Shown here piece by piece: positions 33,395-53,343 of a stretch of DNA of 64,000 nt (the stretch's first letter is position 1; each line of letters starts with the position of its first letter). Both the position numbers and the translations under genes were made by a program. The notes below the pieces were generated by a model that saw only the letters and a list, made by a program, of their open reading frames with translations, was not told the DNA's origin and made no database searches. The stretch is taken from assembly GCA_030141605.1 (NCBI GenBank), contig JAQGDQ010000332.1, positions 1 to 64,000 of the forward strand, given 5' to 3'. Source of the DNA: Tubiluchus corallicola. Its lineage: Eukaryota > Animalia > Priapulida.

Positions 33395-33467
33395 AACAGA
33401 GCCTGGAGTTGAACCAGGATCTATTGTGTTGCAAGTCTAACGAAATAACCAATAAACCATTTCCGCC
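33395..33467 (-). pseudogene. tRNA-like remnant (pseudo-tRNA or SINE head)
   Basis: Minus strand reads GGCGGAAATGGTTTATTGGTTATTTCGTTAGACTTGCAACACAATAGATCCTGGTTCAACTCCAGGCTCTGTT: A-box-like TGGTTTATTGG, perfect T-arm CCTGG-TTCAACT-CCAGG (B box), poorly paired acceptor and anticodon stems. Confidence 0.5.
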
Positions 33468-36400
33468 GCACTTCAATTGTGATAGTGAAAGATCTCAATT
33501 AAATCGTTGTTATATAGGCCTATAGCTCATCACTCAATCCAGTATTTCTAAGTGTTACTTTTGCCCGTTTATGCAATGGGTGTATAACTAAAAAAATTGT
33601 CTGTGTTATCAAAAAGCGATAACATTAGCAATTTTGCACATAAAGAACATCAGTCACTAAACAAGTGGTGGGAGGACCGGCTGGTCGATTTTGCCAGCTT
33701 TTTAAATAGTAATCGGCGGTTTTCACCTTTATAAAAACAGAGCTTTGATGCATTTATTTTCCTTATTTCTTTCTCATCGTTTCATATAAATAAATATTGA
33801 TTCACTTCTTATAACCGAATGAATTTCAACGTGACCTCTTACGTGAACATATCTCCCGAAATTTTTTATCGAATGATCGGTTTATTCGTATAAAATTAAT
33901 AGCCTGAGAATAACGACACTGTTACATGTCTTTGAAGCTAGAGTTTGCAGTAGAGTTAAAATTGTTCGGCTCATCGCGTAATACCCTCTCTACCTCTACA
34001 TAATCATTTACAGTTCGACATTAAAAAGCGCAGGCCTTGCATTGTATGTAAAACCAACCTGGCACCCACATAAAGCGGACCCAAAATCTGTGTGTGAGAA
34101 AAACACTTAAAAGAAGTACCCAAAAATGCGCCTATTGGAGCTGATTGGAAGGCATCAAGGGACATACGATGTGAACAAAAGAAGAAAGGTTAGACTCTAC
34201 AGTACAAATTTGTTGGAAAATGTAATTGCAATTCTAAAACTCGTTGTGTACTAAACTTTGTAATATAATCTAACATAACATAATATAATTGTAATATTTA
34301 ACCACTGTAAATACTACTACAGTGGTTAATTGTGTATTGTGCTGACGATTATACCCCATGTGCGGGGTTCTGTCTGTGAAGTTTTTTTCATTGTAATGTA
34401 TTGCATTTTTATGTAATGTTCTGTAACTTATAACTGTAATTGTACGGATTGTAAATCGTCAAAGGCACAGACATGCTATTGTTAGTTGCGCAAAGTTACA
34501 TATCTGTAAATTACTAAAGTCTGTGAGAGCGCGCAGGATATGCAACTAAAAATTGTACAACAAAAACTTGCAATCTGGGCTCATACTTTTAGACACGCAA
34601 CTATTTTGTAATACAAACTATTTTTGTTTATTTTCAATACATGAAATTTTTAATTGCGCAACTTAATCAAAACAATAGCTAAATGTAGACGGCAGTGTCT
34701 TGTGAAAAGGTTATGTACTTCTGAAACTAAAAGACGTTAAAAATTATTGGTTTTGTTTCGGTAAATCATCGACTTGTGCTATTATACATCTCTCTTAGAG
34801 AAATAATTAGAGGAAAAACTTGTTTAAATCCAAATAACAGACTCAATGAAATCAAGCAATGTTATTATATTAATACTTAAATATCATTGCATAGTTTTCA
34901 GTGATTTACAAAAATGAGTTGTTATTGTTTTAAGTAGGTTATACATAACTAAGCAATGAGCGCGTTAACCAAAAATAAGATTAACGTTTGCATAATAAGT
35001 TCAGTTTTGTTCACCGACCCGTATCTCAGGTGAGCGCGTTCCACATGATGTGCAGCTGTATTGTGCACGTACAAAAGCAACACAACTTTCTACATGCAAG
35101 AAATATGGCGTCTGACGTATTATGATGTAGGAGAGTCTTGCAACAACTCGCTCGCTTCTGCCAGTAATGTCAGGTAGGAATTTCGAAACACTTTAAACAT
35201 AACTAAAAAGGGATTTTATGCAAAACTGTTGTTTTTAATGTGCTAGTAATCGCCCGTTGGATTTCACAGGCTCTAGACTTGGCTTATAGCTGACTCTAGA
35301 CATCTTTACATCGTCGGATTGTAGGATCAAGACATCGTTTTAATGTCTCCCGGTCAGCTGTACGATTGGACAAGACCGATTTAATAGGAGGCAATTTTGT
35401 TTTAAAGAATGTTAAGAAGCTGTAAAAATAATTTACAGCTGAAAAACTACTATCCCTTCTTATAATGTGATCTGCTCACGAGTGCTTGTGGTGTTGTAAA
35501 AATGCAGAAGAAATATAGTCGTCTACTTAAGAAGAAATGCACCTTGATCAAAATTTGAACAATTGTACGGAATCATTTGCTTTAGTATCACACATTATTG
35601 TAGCGCCTCAATAACTAATAAAAAAATTTGACTAATTTCTGTTGATCATATGACATTATATTGAGTAATTTTTCCAGAAATTTTTTAACAAAAACAAGTT
35701 AGTTGAACACTGAAATTTTATTTGCTTCGGAGACAAAATTGTACTAGCTTGCAGAGATTTCCAGAATTATAGTTTAGACAGCTTACACCCCACTCGATGT
35801 TGAACCAGATACCCAAGCGAACAAACAAGAACAAATATACAAAGCAAACTTAATTGCACCTCATAAACAGAGTTGCAAAAATGAATTCTTGATTGTTCCA
35901 TTTAGAACAGGACTAATGCAAATGCATGATTTTTATTCAAGAAGTTAATTTTATATTTGTCGTGTAGGAGACAGGAAGAACATGAACAGACGTTTATTAG
36001 GTCTTTTGATGATAGTTAACTAAGGTTACCTGAAACGAACACTTGGATCAAAAACTGCTACTAAATCTAGCTATAATTTTAATCACTAATAGTTCTAAAG
36101 CCACATCACTGATATTGCACTGTCCAAGGTCATCATTTATCCCATTTTAAAGAAGCATTCCACATTCAGCGGCTTGTCCTTCGAAAATAAAAAGTGAAAA
36201 AATGTATATATTAGCGTCTTTTCCTAGTTCTCACGAAAATGAATGTTTTTATTAAAGAACAACAAACATGAATTTAAATGAAAGTTAAATGCAAACCGGT
36301 TGCAAAAAATTATGATAAATGCATTTAACTTTGTCTTCTTTTGTCCAAACGAAATCTCCTTGCAACTTCTATCCCACTGAAGAATTTTTATGCTTAAAGT

Positions 36401-36650
36401 CAATATATTACCTATTTGCTCATAGAGGGATCATGTTTTGCCACGTGAATAAGGAGATTTGATTTTTAATGCACCCTGCAACTATTAAACAGTCGGCCGA
36501 ATGTTGGCCGAATTGCAGTTTACAATACCTGGGTGCAGTTTTGCGTTGTCAGTGTGTTACGGTGGATTATATATTGCTTTCTCACTTTCTTCATAGGTCG
36601 AATTAGAATTACGGCGTAAGGGTTGTCAAAAGGACTGCCAACGCAGCAAC

Positions 36651-45038
<8,388 letters not shown>

Positions 45039-45995
45039 TGTCTCATAATACAGCTGCAAATTATTGCAGATTTAATCTAACGGACGTCTCATAGATCCAT
45101 TTAATTGAATACTGATGGCTTCTTAGCATTTTGTAGCAGGTTGGTAGTGCTAGATTTTCCGAAAGATTCACACAATATACCGCACCATCTAGTGGCATCC
45201 ACCTAATTGAGGAAGGTTATTGGGTAAAAGACGAAAAATTTTTAATATTCATAATAATTAGTGATGATATATTTGCAGGACTTACGAGCTCACATTCGTG
45301 CTTCGACTTCACGTAACAATGTATGCAACTATATAGTATTATGTTATTTTATAGTTATGCTTGTACAGAAACAACTAGATTTGTAGCTAGCGTTAGTAGC
45401 TAGTAGATTAGTTAGTTTGCAATAAAATTTTATTTTCTTAAATGATTGTAACTTTGTGAGTAAAGCTGCAGGTGAGTAAATATGAGAACGTCTATAGAAG
45501 GATATCCTATAAAATTGTGTGCAAATGTTTGTGTTAAAATTTTTCCAAGTTTATTTATGTCATAATGTTCGCTTGCCGTGATTTAAATTATAGCTATTAG
45601 GACTTTTTTGAGATACATTTCCGCAATTAAGATCTGTATTAAAATGCTGGCTTGGACAGTATGAGTTATACTTGTTATGTGCATAGTACATAGTACTTTG
45701 TATTCTGGCATTGTATGAAAGTTCATTTAGTCGACAACATGCCGCTGAAATAGAACAGTGAAATTTTTAATATAGACCTGTCTTATATAGATTTCAGCCT
45801 AACTACTGACTATAACAAAAAGAATGTTTGGATGCAGCGTTTTTGTATACTTAGTGAGTTTCAGAGTAGTACCTAAAATGTGAAATCTGTGCTTAATTGT
45901 GTTTAATGCAAGCGTGACTGTCACGTCAATTTTGTGTTTTCTAGCAAGACACCGGCGATTGCAACACTGTGGTGACAATCGAATGTATGTCACTT

Positions 45996-46225
45996 TTCGC
46001 CAGTGTGCAAATCGCCTGTGGTACAGTTCGTCAGTGGTATATTTCGCCAGTGGTACACTTTGCCAAAAGTACAGTTCACCAGCGGTACACTTCGTCAGTG
46101 CTACATTTCGCCATTGGTATATTTCAACGGTAAAATTTCTCTGCATTAGTAACTGTTTCTTTTAACAAAATGTTTCAGTTTGCCGGTGATACGTTTCACC
46201 AGTACGCATTTCAGTGGTACACCAA
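45996..46225. repeat. Degenerate 15-bp minisatellite (consensus ~TTCGCCAGTGGTACA)
   Basis: About 10 consecutive diverged units at 45996-46140, with more units near 46180-46225. Confidence 0.8.
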
Positions 46226-46970
46226 TAAAATTCTCTGTTGTATTTTATGACCTTATCCTTTAACAAAATCTTCAGGCTTTGATTACAGTGATTACCACAT
46301 TATTTTGGAAACTCATTGGTAGACTCTAATTAGGCAGTGGGAGATGCATGTTTTCTACCTTTCTGTAATGATTGGCAAACATTAGCGCTAGGACTCATTT
46401 GAAATTGATCCTTTTTATCCTGACTCTTCATGAATTTTAATGAATTTAATAGTGGCCTATTTGTTATTTTCTTTTTCTTCTTCCGGTTCCGTATTTTTAC
46501 GTTTCTACCTTTAATTACAAATGGGAAAAAATGGACTCAGTGCCGCTGACTACAATTTGTATTAAGATAATACCAACAGTAAACTTTTGTGCAAAGCTGC
46601 AGATGATGCTACGTCCGTACCTTTCAGTCGACCTTTTACGGGCAGTTATTTTTTTAAGACAACGTTGCCTTTAACCAAGCATAATAACCAAGATAAGACT
46701 TGGTTATTATCTATCGACGTAAATGTCTAGAGAACTCATGAAGTGTTGATGTTTTTGTAATTTTTATATACATTCTTTTATAGTTTTTTACATATTTTCT
46801 TTTGTAATGTATTTTATAAATCTGTAAATATAAGTACTTTTGTCACAGTCATATGATAACCCTTTTATTCAGACCGTCTTAATTTACGCAACAAATAGTT
46901 CTTAAAATTCAAGTACCACACTGCACATTTTTGTTATCAAATATTTCTGTTTTAGCATTTCCTTAATTTC

Positions 46971-48972
46971 TCAAAGAATGTAAACAATCACAGCGAAAAA
47001 AAGTTGATAAATAACTACAAACACTGCCGGTAGGTAACACCACTCAGGTGGCTCCATCTGCGTGACAGAATTACAAAGATTTGTATTGCAATAACAGAAT
47101 ATTACTATTGTTCCGTTGTCAGATGTGGTTGAAGAACAGCCGCTATTCTTTACCACAGGAGAACAGTCTCGACTGATACTCGGTTTACTGTCACCTTCTG
47201 AAACAAGTATTAAACAGAGAAGTATCAAGACTTTGTTATTTATAAAGCGACTAAAGCTGGTATCATCAAACTAATCTTTCTAGAAAGATTTGCTAACTAG
47301 TCAAAATGGTCCTGGTATTTGACATCGCCTGGTATAAGTTTTCGGCCAGAAACAACAAGATGAAAGATGTGAGATTCTGGCTTGTAGTGCGTCAAATTCT
47401 GTTTAAAAAAGCCTTGATCCAGATCAGATTTATGTAAACGACAAGCCAGTCCGGTAATCGCATACATATTTTTCCGATTTAATTTAATTTTGTGTTATGT
47501 ATATCATCGCTCATAAATTTTCTCTGGTATTTTTTCCAAATAATGAATTTTTCATAAATACCCTGACCATATAAGTATGTATTGCATGAATCTCACTGTT
47601 CAGACTAATTTACGAAGGAAAAGTTAAGGCGGCTCGACATGAACAACAAGAACGACTCTCTTAGCTTTCATAGGCTAACAGAGCAAGTCCTTACATAGGA
47701 CTATAGTGCTAAATTATAGTTATATCTCGTCTGTTTCTTGTTGTTGGTTTGCGAACTTTTAAAATAGGAAGCACAAATGATTAAACAAAAATAATTAAAA
47801 GTTCAAAGTAGTGAGACACAAGCAATGGAAGTAATACTTATCAAGGTTTACTCTAAAAGTGGATAAACGTATAACTCCAGCTTAACAGTAATCACATATT
47901 TCTGGCAGTTTTCAGTCCTATTACAAATAGATTGCTCGGTTCTAGTACCATATAGATTACTCTCATGAGCTTTACTAATCTAAAAATCTTATATAATAAA
48001 ACAAATTTTCGATAAAACCAAACAACTTTCCGATACCACCTTATGCTACTATGTATGGCATGCAAATTGCCAAATTGGGTATTTTTTGGTGTTGTATAAC
48101 TCTACAATTGTGTACTTTGGGTCTCTGTAATTGTAGAGTACTGTAAGACAATCTTTGTTACTTACCACTCTTCAAAATAACATGCTTTAAGCATGATTTT
48201 TTCTTGCACTCTTTTTCAGTGGTACCTTCAGGTAAAGCTTCTGGGTCGAGTTCTTCCTTGCAGGCACTAACTTCACAGTGATAACAAGATAAGTCCTTTG
48301 TTCTAGTCTGTGGCTCTGTGGGATCTTGACTGTACGCTATAATGGCAGAACATGCTATCCAAATTAATTGTTATATTTGTTACAGGCAACATTGCTTCAT
48401 GTGGTTTTGGCAAAGTGTAAAGTGAACATAATTCGTGTTTAATCTGACTTTTTCTAAATAAGTTATACGTTACGTAGGCATTATATAAAATGCAGAAAAT
48501 AAATTAGTCACTATATTAAATTAAGCAAGCAACTCTAAAACATGACTTATTTTCAAATTCCCAAAAGTAAAATTGGCATTCAATGAAATGCTTAGTAAAA
48601 TAATATAAGTAAAGCTGACCACTGGTTTTATTATTGCGCTACCTGAACTTCATTTGAAGTTCTATAACATGTAGCAGAAATGCATATCCAAAATCTAAGA
48701 ATTACACACTTTAACTGAACTTACTTTTGCTTTATATATAATGCCTAGGAAATATGTAGAAGAGATTATTTTAGACACTTTACTTGATTTGTTTTGACAC
48801 TACATATAACATCTAAGCAGCCAATAGAATGCCCGGTTTCACACTTTGCCCGTAATTTATTGACAGGCTTAACTAAATCCGACTATGTACGAAAACTGGA
48901 GTACTTACACATTTTTATTATTATATTTTGCAGAGAAAGTGCACTAATAAAAACATAAATAATTTTCTTCAT
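46971..48972 (-). CDS. Ly6/uPAR (three-finger) domain protein, quiver/sleepless-like, predicted GPI- or TM-anchored, 153 aa (paralog A)
   Basis: Exons 48972-48909 (signal peptide MKKIIYVFISALSLQNIIIKM), 48336-48166 (LSCYHCEVSAC...CKKKSCLK), 47197-46971 (ISRDCS..GC..FCYCNTNLCN plus hydrophobic tail); both introns phase 1; 10-Cys LU pattern. Confidence 0.88.
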
Positions 48973-50066
48973 CTTGTCGCAATGTATGTTGCTCGTTCCC
49001 AGGTGACGTGACTAAGAAACGCTAATCTACGTAACAATTATTACGTAATAGTCCAATCACTGCACGGACAATAGTGTCCAATATCAGCGTATTTGAATCA
49101 TGTAGAACATGTAACAAGTAAAAAATTTTGACAACCAACAAACGAAGAGGTTTGTTAAAGGTGACAGCATTGTTAATGCAATTTCTAAAAAATAAAAACG
49201 CTAACAAAGTGACAACATTGTATATGTCAAACTGTTTATTATACACGGCGTTGATATGAAATCGGTGAACTATTCGTATGTTCGTACATCCGTCCATTTA
49301 CTTGGTAGACAATTGGTTGAATAACTTATCGGTTGAGTAATCAAGGCCTAAGGCCTAAAATACAATTCATAATCTACTTGCCGAGCAGCGTCGAGAAGCT
49401 ATCATGATATTTTGTAGATCATCCATAAATTGCATCATTGATCTCAAATAAACAATTTATATAGCTGAACATTAAGGTATGTGACAGTTTTTCAAAAAAT
49501 TCATAGGGACATATTTATCTCAAAACCTTTCACTGACAATCGATATGGGACTAAGACTAATCCTGTTACCAAATTTATTAATTAATTGAAATTATTGGAT
49601 TTATTATCGAAACAGTTTTATTAATGTAAATACATCCTTTGCTTGTGTGCTGAAACTGAGCACATAAAACAGACATGTTTACATTAATGACATGTTTACA
49701 TTTACAGACAAATGAGTTCAATAATAATCATTCTAATATAAAAATATTATTCCACTTTGTATGTAAATGCATTGCAACTTTTCAGTAATTTTAACTTCAC
49801 ATTTTGACATCTGTAGTAATGTAATTTTATCTGTAATTGTTTCTGTTTAAGTTATTTTGTGCTACTAGACTGTTGTTTAGGTTTGTGTGTATTAATATTG
49901 TTACGATATTATATATGTATGTGTCTTAACCAATAACATTCAGCCAATAAAATCTAATCTAATCTACACCTAATCTATAATTAATATAAATTTAATAATG
50001 TAGTTTATTTCATGTTTGACATTAGCATTGCATAAATAATGGTCATATAGAGTTCATCAACCATTT

Positions 50067-50310
50067 CCCTAACAACCACCTAGCAACTCTCCATTACGTC
50101 ACTAGTGGCTACAGAGCTCACCAACACGTCTCCCTAGCAACTAGACTCCCTGCTACTATTTTGTCTGGCAACCCTGTCACTAACAACCTCTGGCCTAGCA
50201 ACCCCGTTACTCAGCAACTGTTGCCTAGCAATGAAGCTCTCTGCTAACCTGTTACTCTGCAACTAGTCCCTCTGCTACGTGTTGCTTAGCAACTCTGCAG
50301 CCTAGCAACC
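50067..50310. repeat. Array of degenerate CCTAGCAAC / X-box-like motifs
   Basis: About 10 (T/C)AGCAAC-type half sites, including palindromic GTCTCCCTAGCAAC, GTTACTCAGCAAC, GTTGCCTAGCAAT and GTTGCTTAGCAAC. Confidence 0.75.
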
Positions 50311-50892
50311 AAGTAACTTATTAGTACGGAAAAGCCAGCTCTGTTGAGCTCAGAAAATTACTCCTTCTGGTTCTTTTACTTAATATAACACTATGTGTTA
50401 TGATAATATGTTGTATGTTGTGTTAAACTGTTAATTAAAAATATCTATGTTGTATGTTAAACCACAGCATTTAGATTTGATAATTGCGCAGATTTAACAA
50501 ACTTAATTTGCAATCACAAACATGTGCATACAATAAGAAAATTTTTTAATATTTTTTGTAATCCACTTCAATATATAATTTGTGAATTTATTGAGATCGA
50601 AACGCCTTTGTTCGAAGACAATTATTACATGGACTCACACTGCCAAACCCACAAGCCTGTAGTACACTGTAACTTATAAATAACAAAAGTGTTGTGATTT
50701 ACAATAACTTGATGAGAGTAATTTTTAATGTTGCCATATTCGCAACAAAAGTAATGTTCTAATCAAATTACAAGCAAAAAGCTCTCGCCAAATTACACTG
50801 TTTAGCTAGAATTATTGTGTGAATATACTGTACAAAGTTTGGTGACGCGCTTGAGTTTTTCTGAACTACAAAACCTTGACGTGCTTGTTCAG

Positions 50893-51912
50893 TCAGAAAT
50901 TACAAATGATGGCGACAAATGTAACGCAAGCTACTGCTGTTAGGGTCTGTGGCTCCATCTGCGGCGTAAAGTTGCAAAGATTTTCATCACAATAACAAAA
51001 CTTGGTTTTCCCATCGTCCGTTTCGGTGTCAGTGCATCCGTTGCTTTTCTCTTCAGTGGAACAGCCACGTGCAATTAGAGGTTCACGCTCTGAAAATGTT
51101 TTGAATTAAAATAAGTACCGTACGTGCCAAGATAGCGAAACTTATTATTTAATTTAACAATATAATTTGTAATGTAAATGCGTTCTGCAATTTCAGGAAA
51201 GGAAACACAGATATTACATAATTCTCTAAAGAGTTCTGGTGTCTTTTCTCTCAATCTTTGTCGAAATAGCTCTTGCCATGATAAAAAATTACAAAAAATG
51301 AATTGCACGAAAATTACTTACCCCCAACGATAGTGACGTGTTTCATGCAAGACATTTTCTTCTCACACATCATTTCAGTAACCCCATCATCTGTCGCCGA
51401 GAACTCTTGTTTGCAAATCTTGGCAAAGCAGTGATAACAAGTTATGTTTTTTCCTTCTTCCTCAGCAGCAGCAAGAATTCCATTTTTGGAAATCGCTGTG
51501 TCAATATGATTGATATTTTTAATAATGTTGAGCCACTTTTCTGTTTTTCTGTCTACCCGTGTGTCTGTCAGACTGTCTGTCCGTCTATCTGTTCATATTT
51601 ATTTGTACCATTTGGTATGTCTACATCCATGTTTATCTATCTTTTTGTTCAGAGCGAACGACTATCATAATAGAAGTGCACAAGGTTTCATAGACCAGTT
51701 TCTTAGGGCTAGGAAATAACGAATCGTCAAGAGGACTAATATTACTGTTTGATGACCCTATTCAATAAGCATAGATGACAAAAGACTATGCAAAAATTGT
51801 GGTTCTGTCGAAAAACTAAGCGAAAATGTGATTTGATAATGATATACTTACATTTTTTTGCAACTAGATTCAACAGAAATATTAATGCAAGAAAAATGAG
51901 AGTTATTCTCAT
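50893..51912 (-). CDS. Ly6/uPAR (three-finger) domain protein, quiver/sleepless-like, 143 aa (paralog B)
   Basis: Exons 51912-51852 (MRITLIFLALIFLLNLVAKK), 51495-51322 (ITCYHCFAKIC...CEKKMSCMKH), 51089-50893 (IARGCS..GC..FCYCDENLCN..QMEP plus hydrophobic tail, stop TGA); same phase-1 intron positions as paralog A; absent from the ORF track. Confidence 0.88.
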
Positions 51913-53343
51913 TTTGCACAATTGCTAATAGAATTTTTCGTAAGCAGTATTAGTGTTATAGTCCTTATAAACCGTAGCTGAATAACCTGTTAGCGACCGT
52001 AACTATGATTTTCATAAAATGTGGCTATGCAACGTCTAAGCAGCGCATTCTGACGTCATTGTGTGAGTTTCTTCTATGATACGTATGTAATTTGATGATT
52101 ATACTTTGAAGCCATTTATTGAATATTGGTTTTCCTGATGATATAAGACAGATTGGAAGTAGATTGGTATTACCTGATGACATATATAATAGCTCATTGT
52201 GCATTTTCACTGCAGGTATGAAACGGGTACTTTGAAAATTTTTGACTGACTGCAAAGTTGCACTTTTGCTCTCAATCAATTGATCAGAAAAAGGTTAAAA
52301 TGTGTCAACTTTAAACGTATAGTGCATGTTCATTAAAATCACTAACGAGAAAGCCTACTTACGAAGCTTATAAATTTATTTTTTTATCGTTTGAGTGAAA
52401 AAGTGCAGCTTAGCATTACAGCATGCCCCCCCCCCGACTGTTGACAAGGTTTCATCCATTTTTTTATATTTTCTCCATTTCTGCCTGGTTTGATTTTAAA
52501 AAAGTTAGCAGTCTGTTTGTTCTATCACTAAAAATCATTGCTAATCCTGAAACTAAGATAAATTAATTACGCAATTATTTTAAGCTTTAAATTAATTAAA
52601 GAAAATAAATTACAACTTGATACTAATAGTCTATCGTGGGTAAGCTAATTAGCATATTTAGAAATCATTATTGGAACAGCTCTTGAAGATTAATTAATTT
52701 AGAGCCTGCTCTGATCATTGTGGTTAGCTTTTTCTTGTGGTCATGGCACTAAACTTATTTTTTAAAGATGTCTATTTGACATTTTTGCTCAGTTACAAAT
52801 TTTCTACATTGTCATCCCTTTAATCAGGTTTTAAATTTAGTAATTTTGGGTTCATTATGCTACTGTTTAGATTATTTAAGTTTTATTTATTTACATGATT
52901 TACAAATACAACATGTACAAAATAACAAAAATTCAGCACGGCCCGCGTGACGTCGCAGCCACTGTATTTAATCTGCGTCCCAATGATGATCTTTCCCCAG
53001 CGAACTTGTAGCTTACGATATTTGACAAACTGATTAGTGGTGCAAGTAATGGAAACAAACAAGTTTAGGTAATCTGCAATAAAATCTTCAATATGATCAT
53101 CAAGAATCAAAATTCATGTTGAAATACACTAAGGCAATATTGTGTGATTCACTCACTGACTGATTGAATGGATAAAGCAAATTTTGAAAATACCACTCCT
53201 TATCACAATATCAAGTACTCAGTCCGGTTACAGTTATAATGATTATCACAATAATTTTTCGTTCATTCAGCTACTTCAAAGATACGTTATCTAAAACTAT
53301 CGGCCAATTGTTGTTGAGAAAAACTATAACAAGTGTGTTGCAG

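Noticed and set aside
45996-46140. CRISPR-like appearance of periodic repeats
   Set aside because: Eukaryotic context, head-to-tail 15-bp units without unique spacers, no cas genes.
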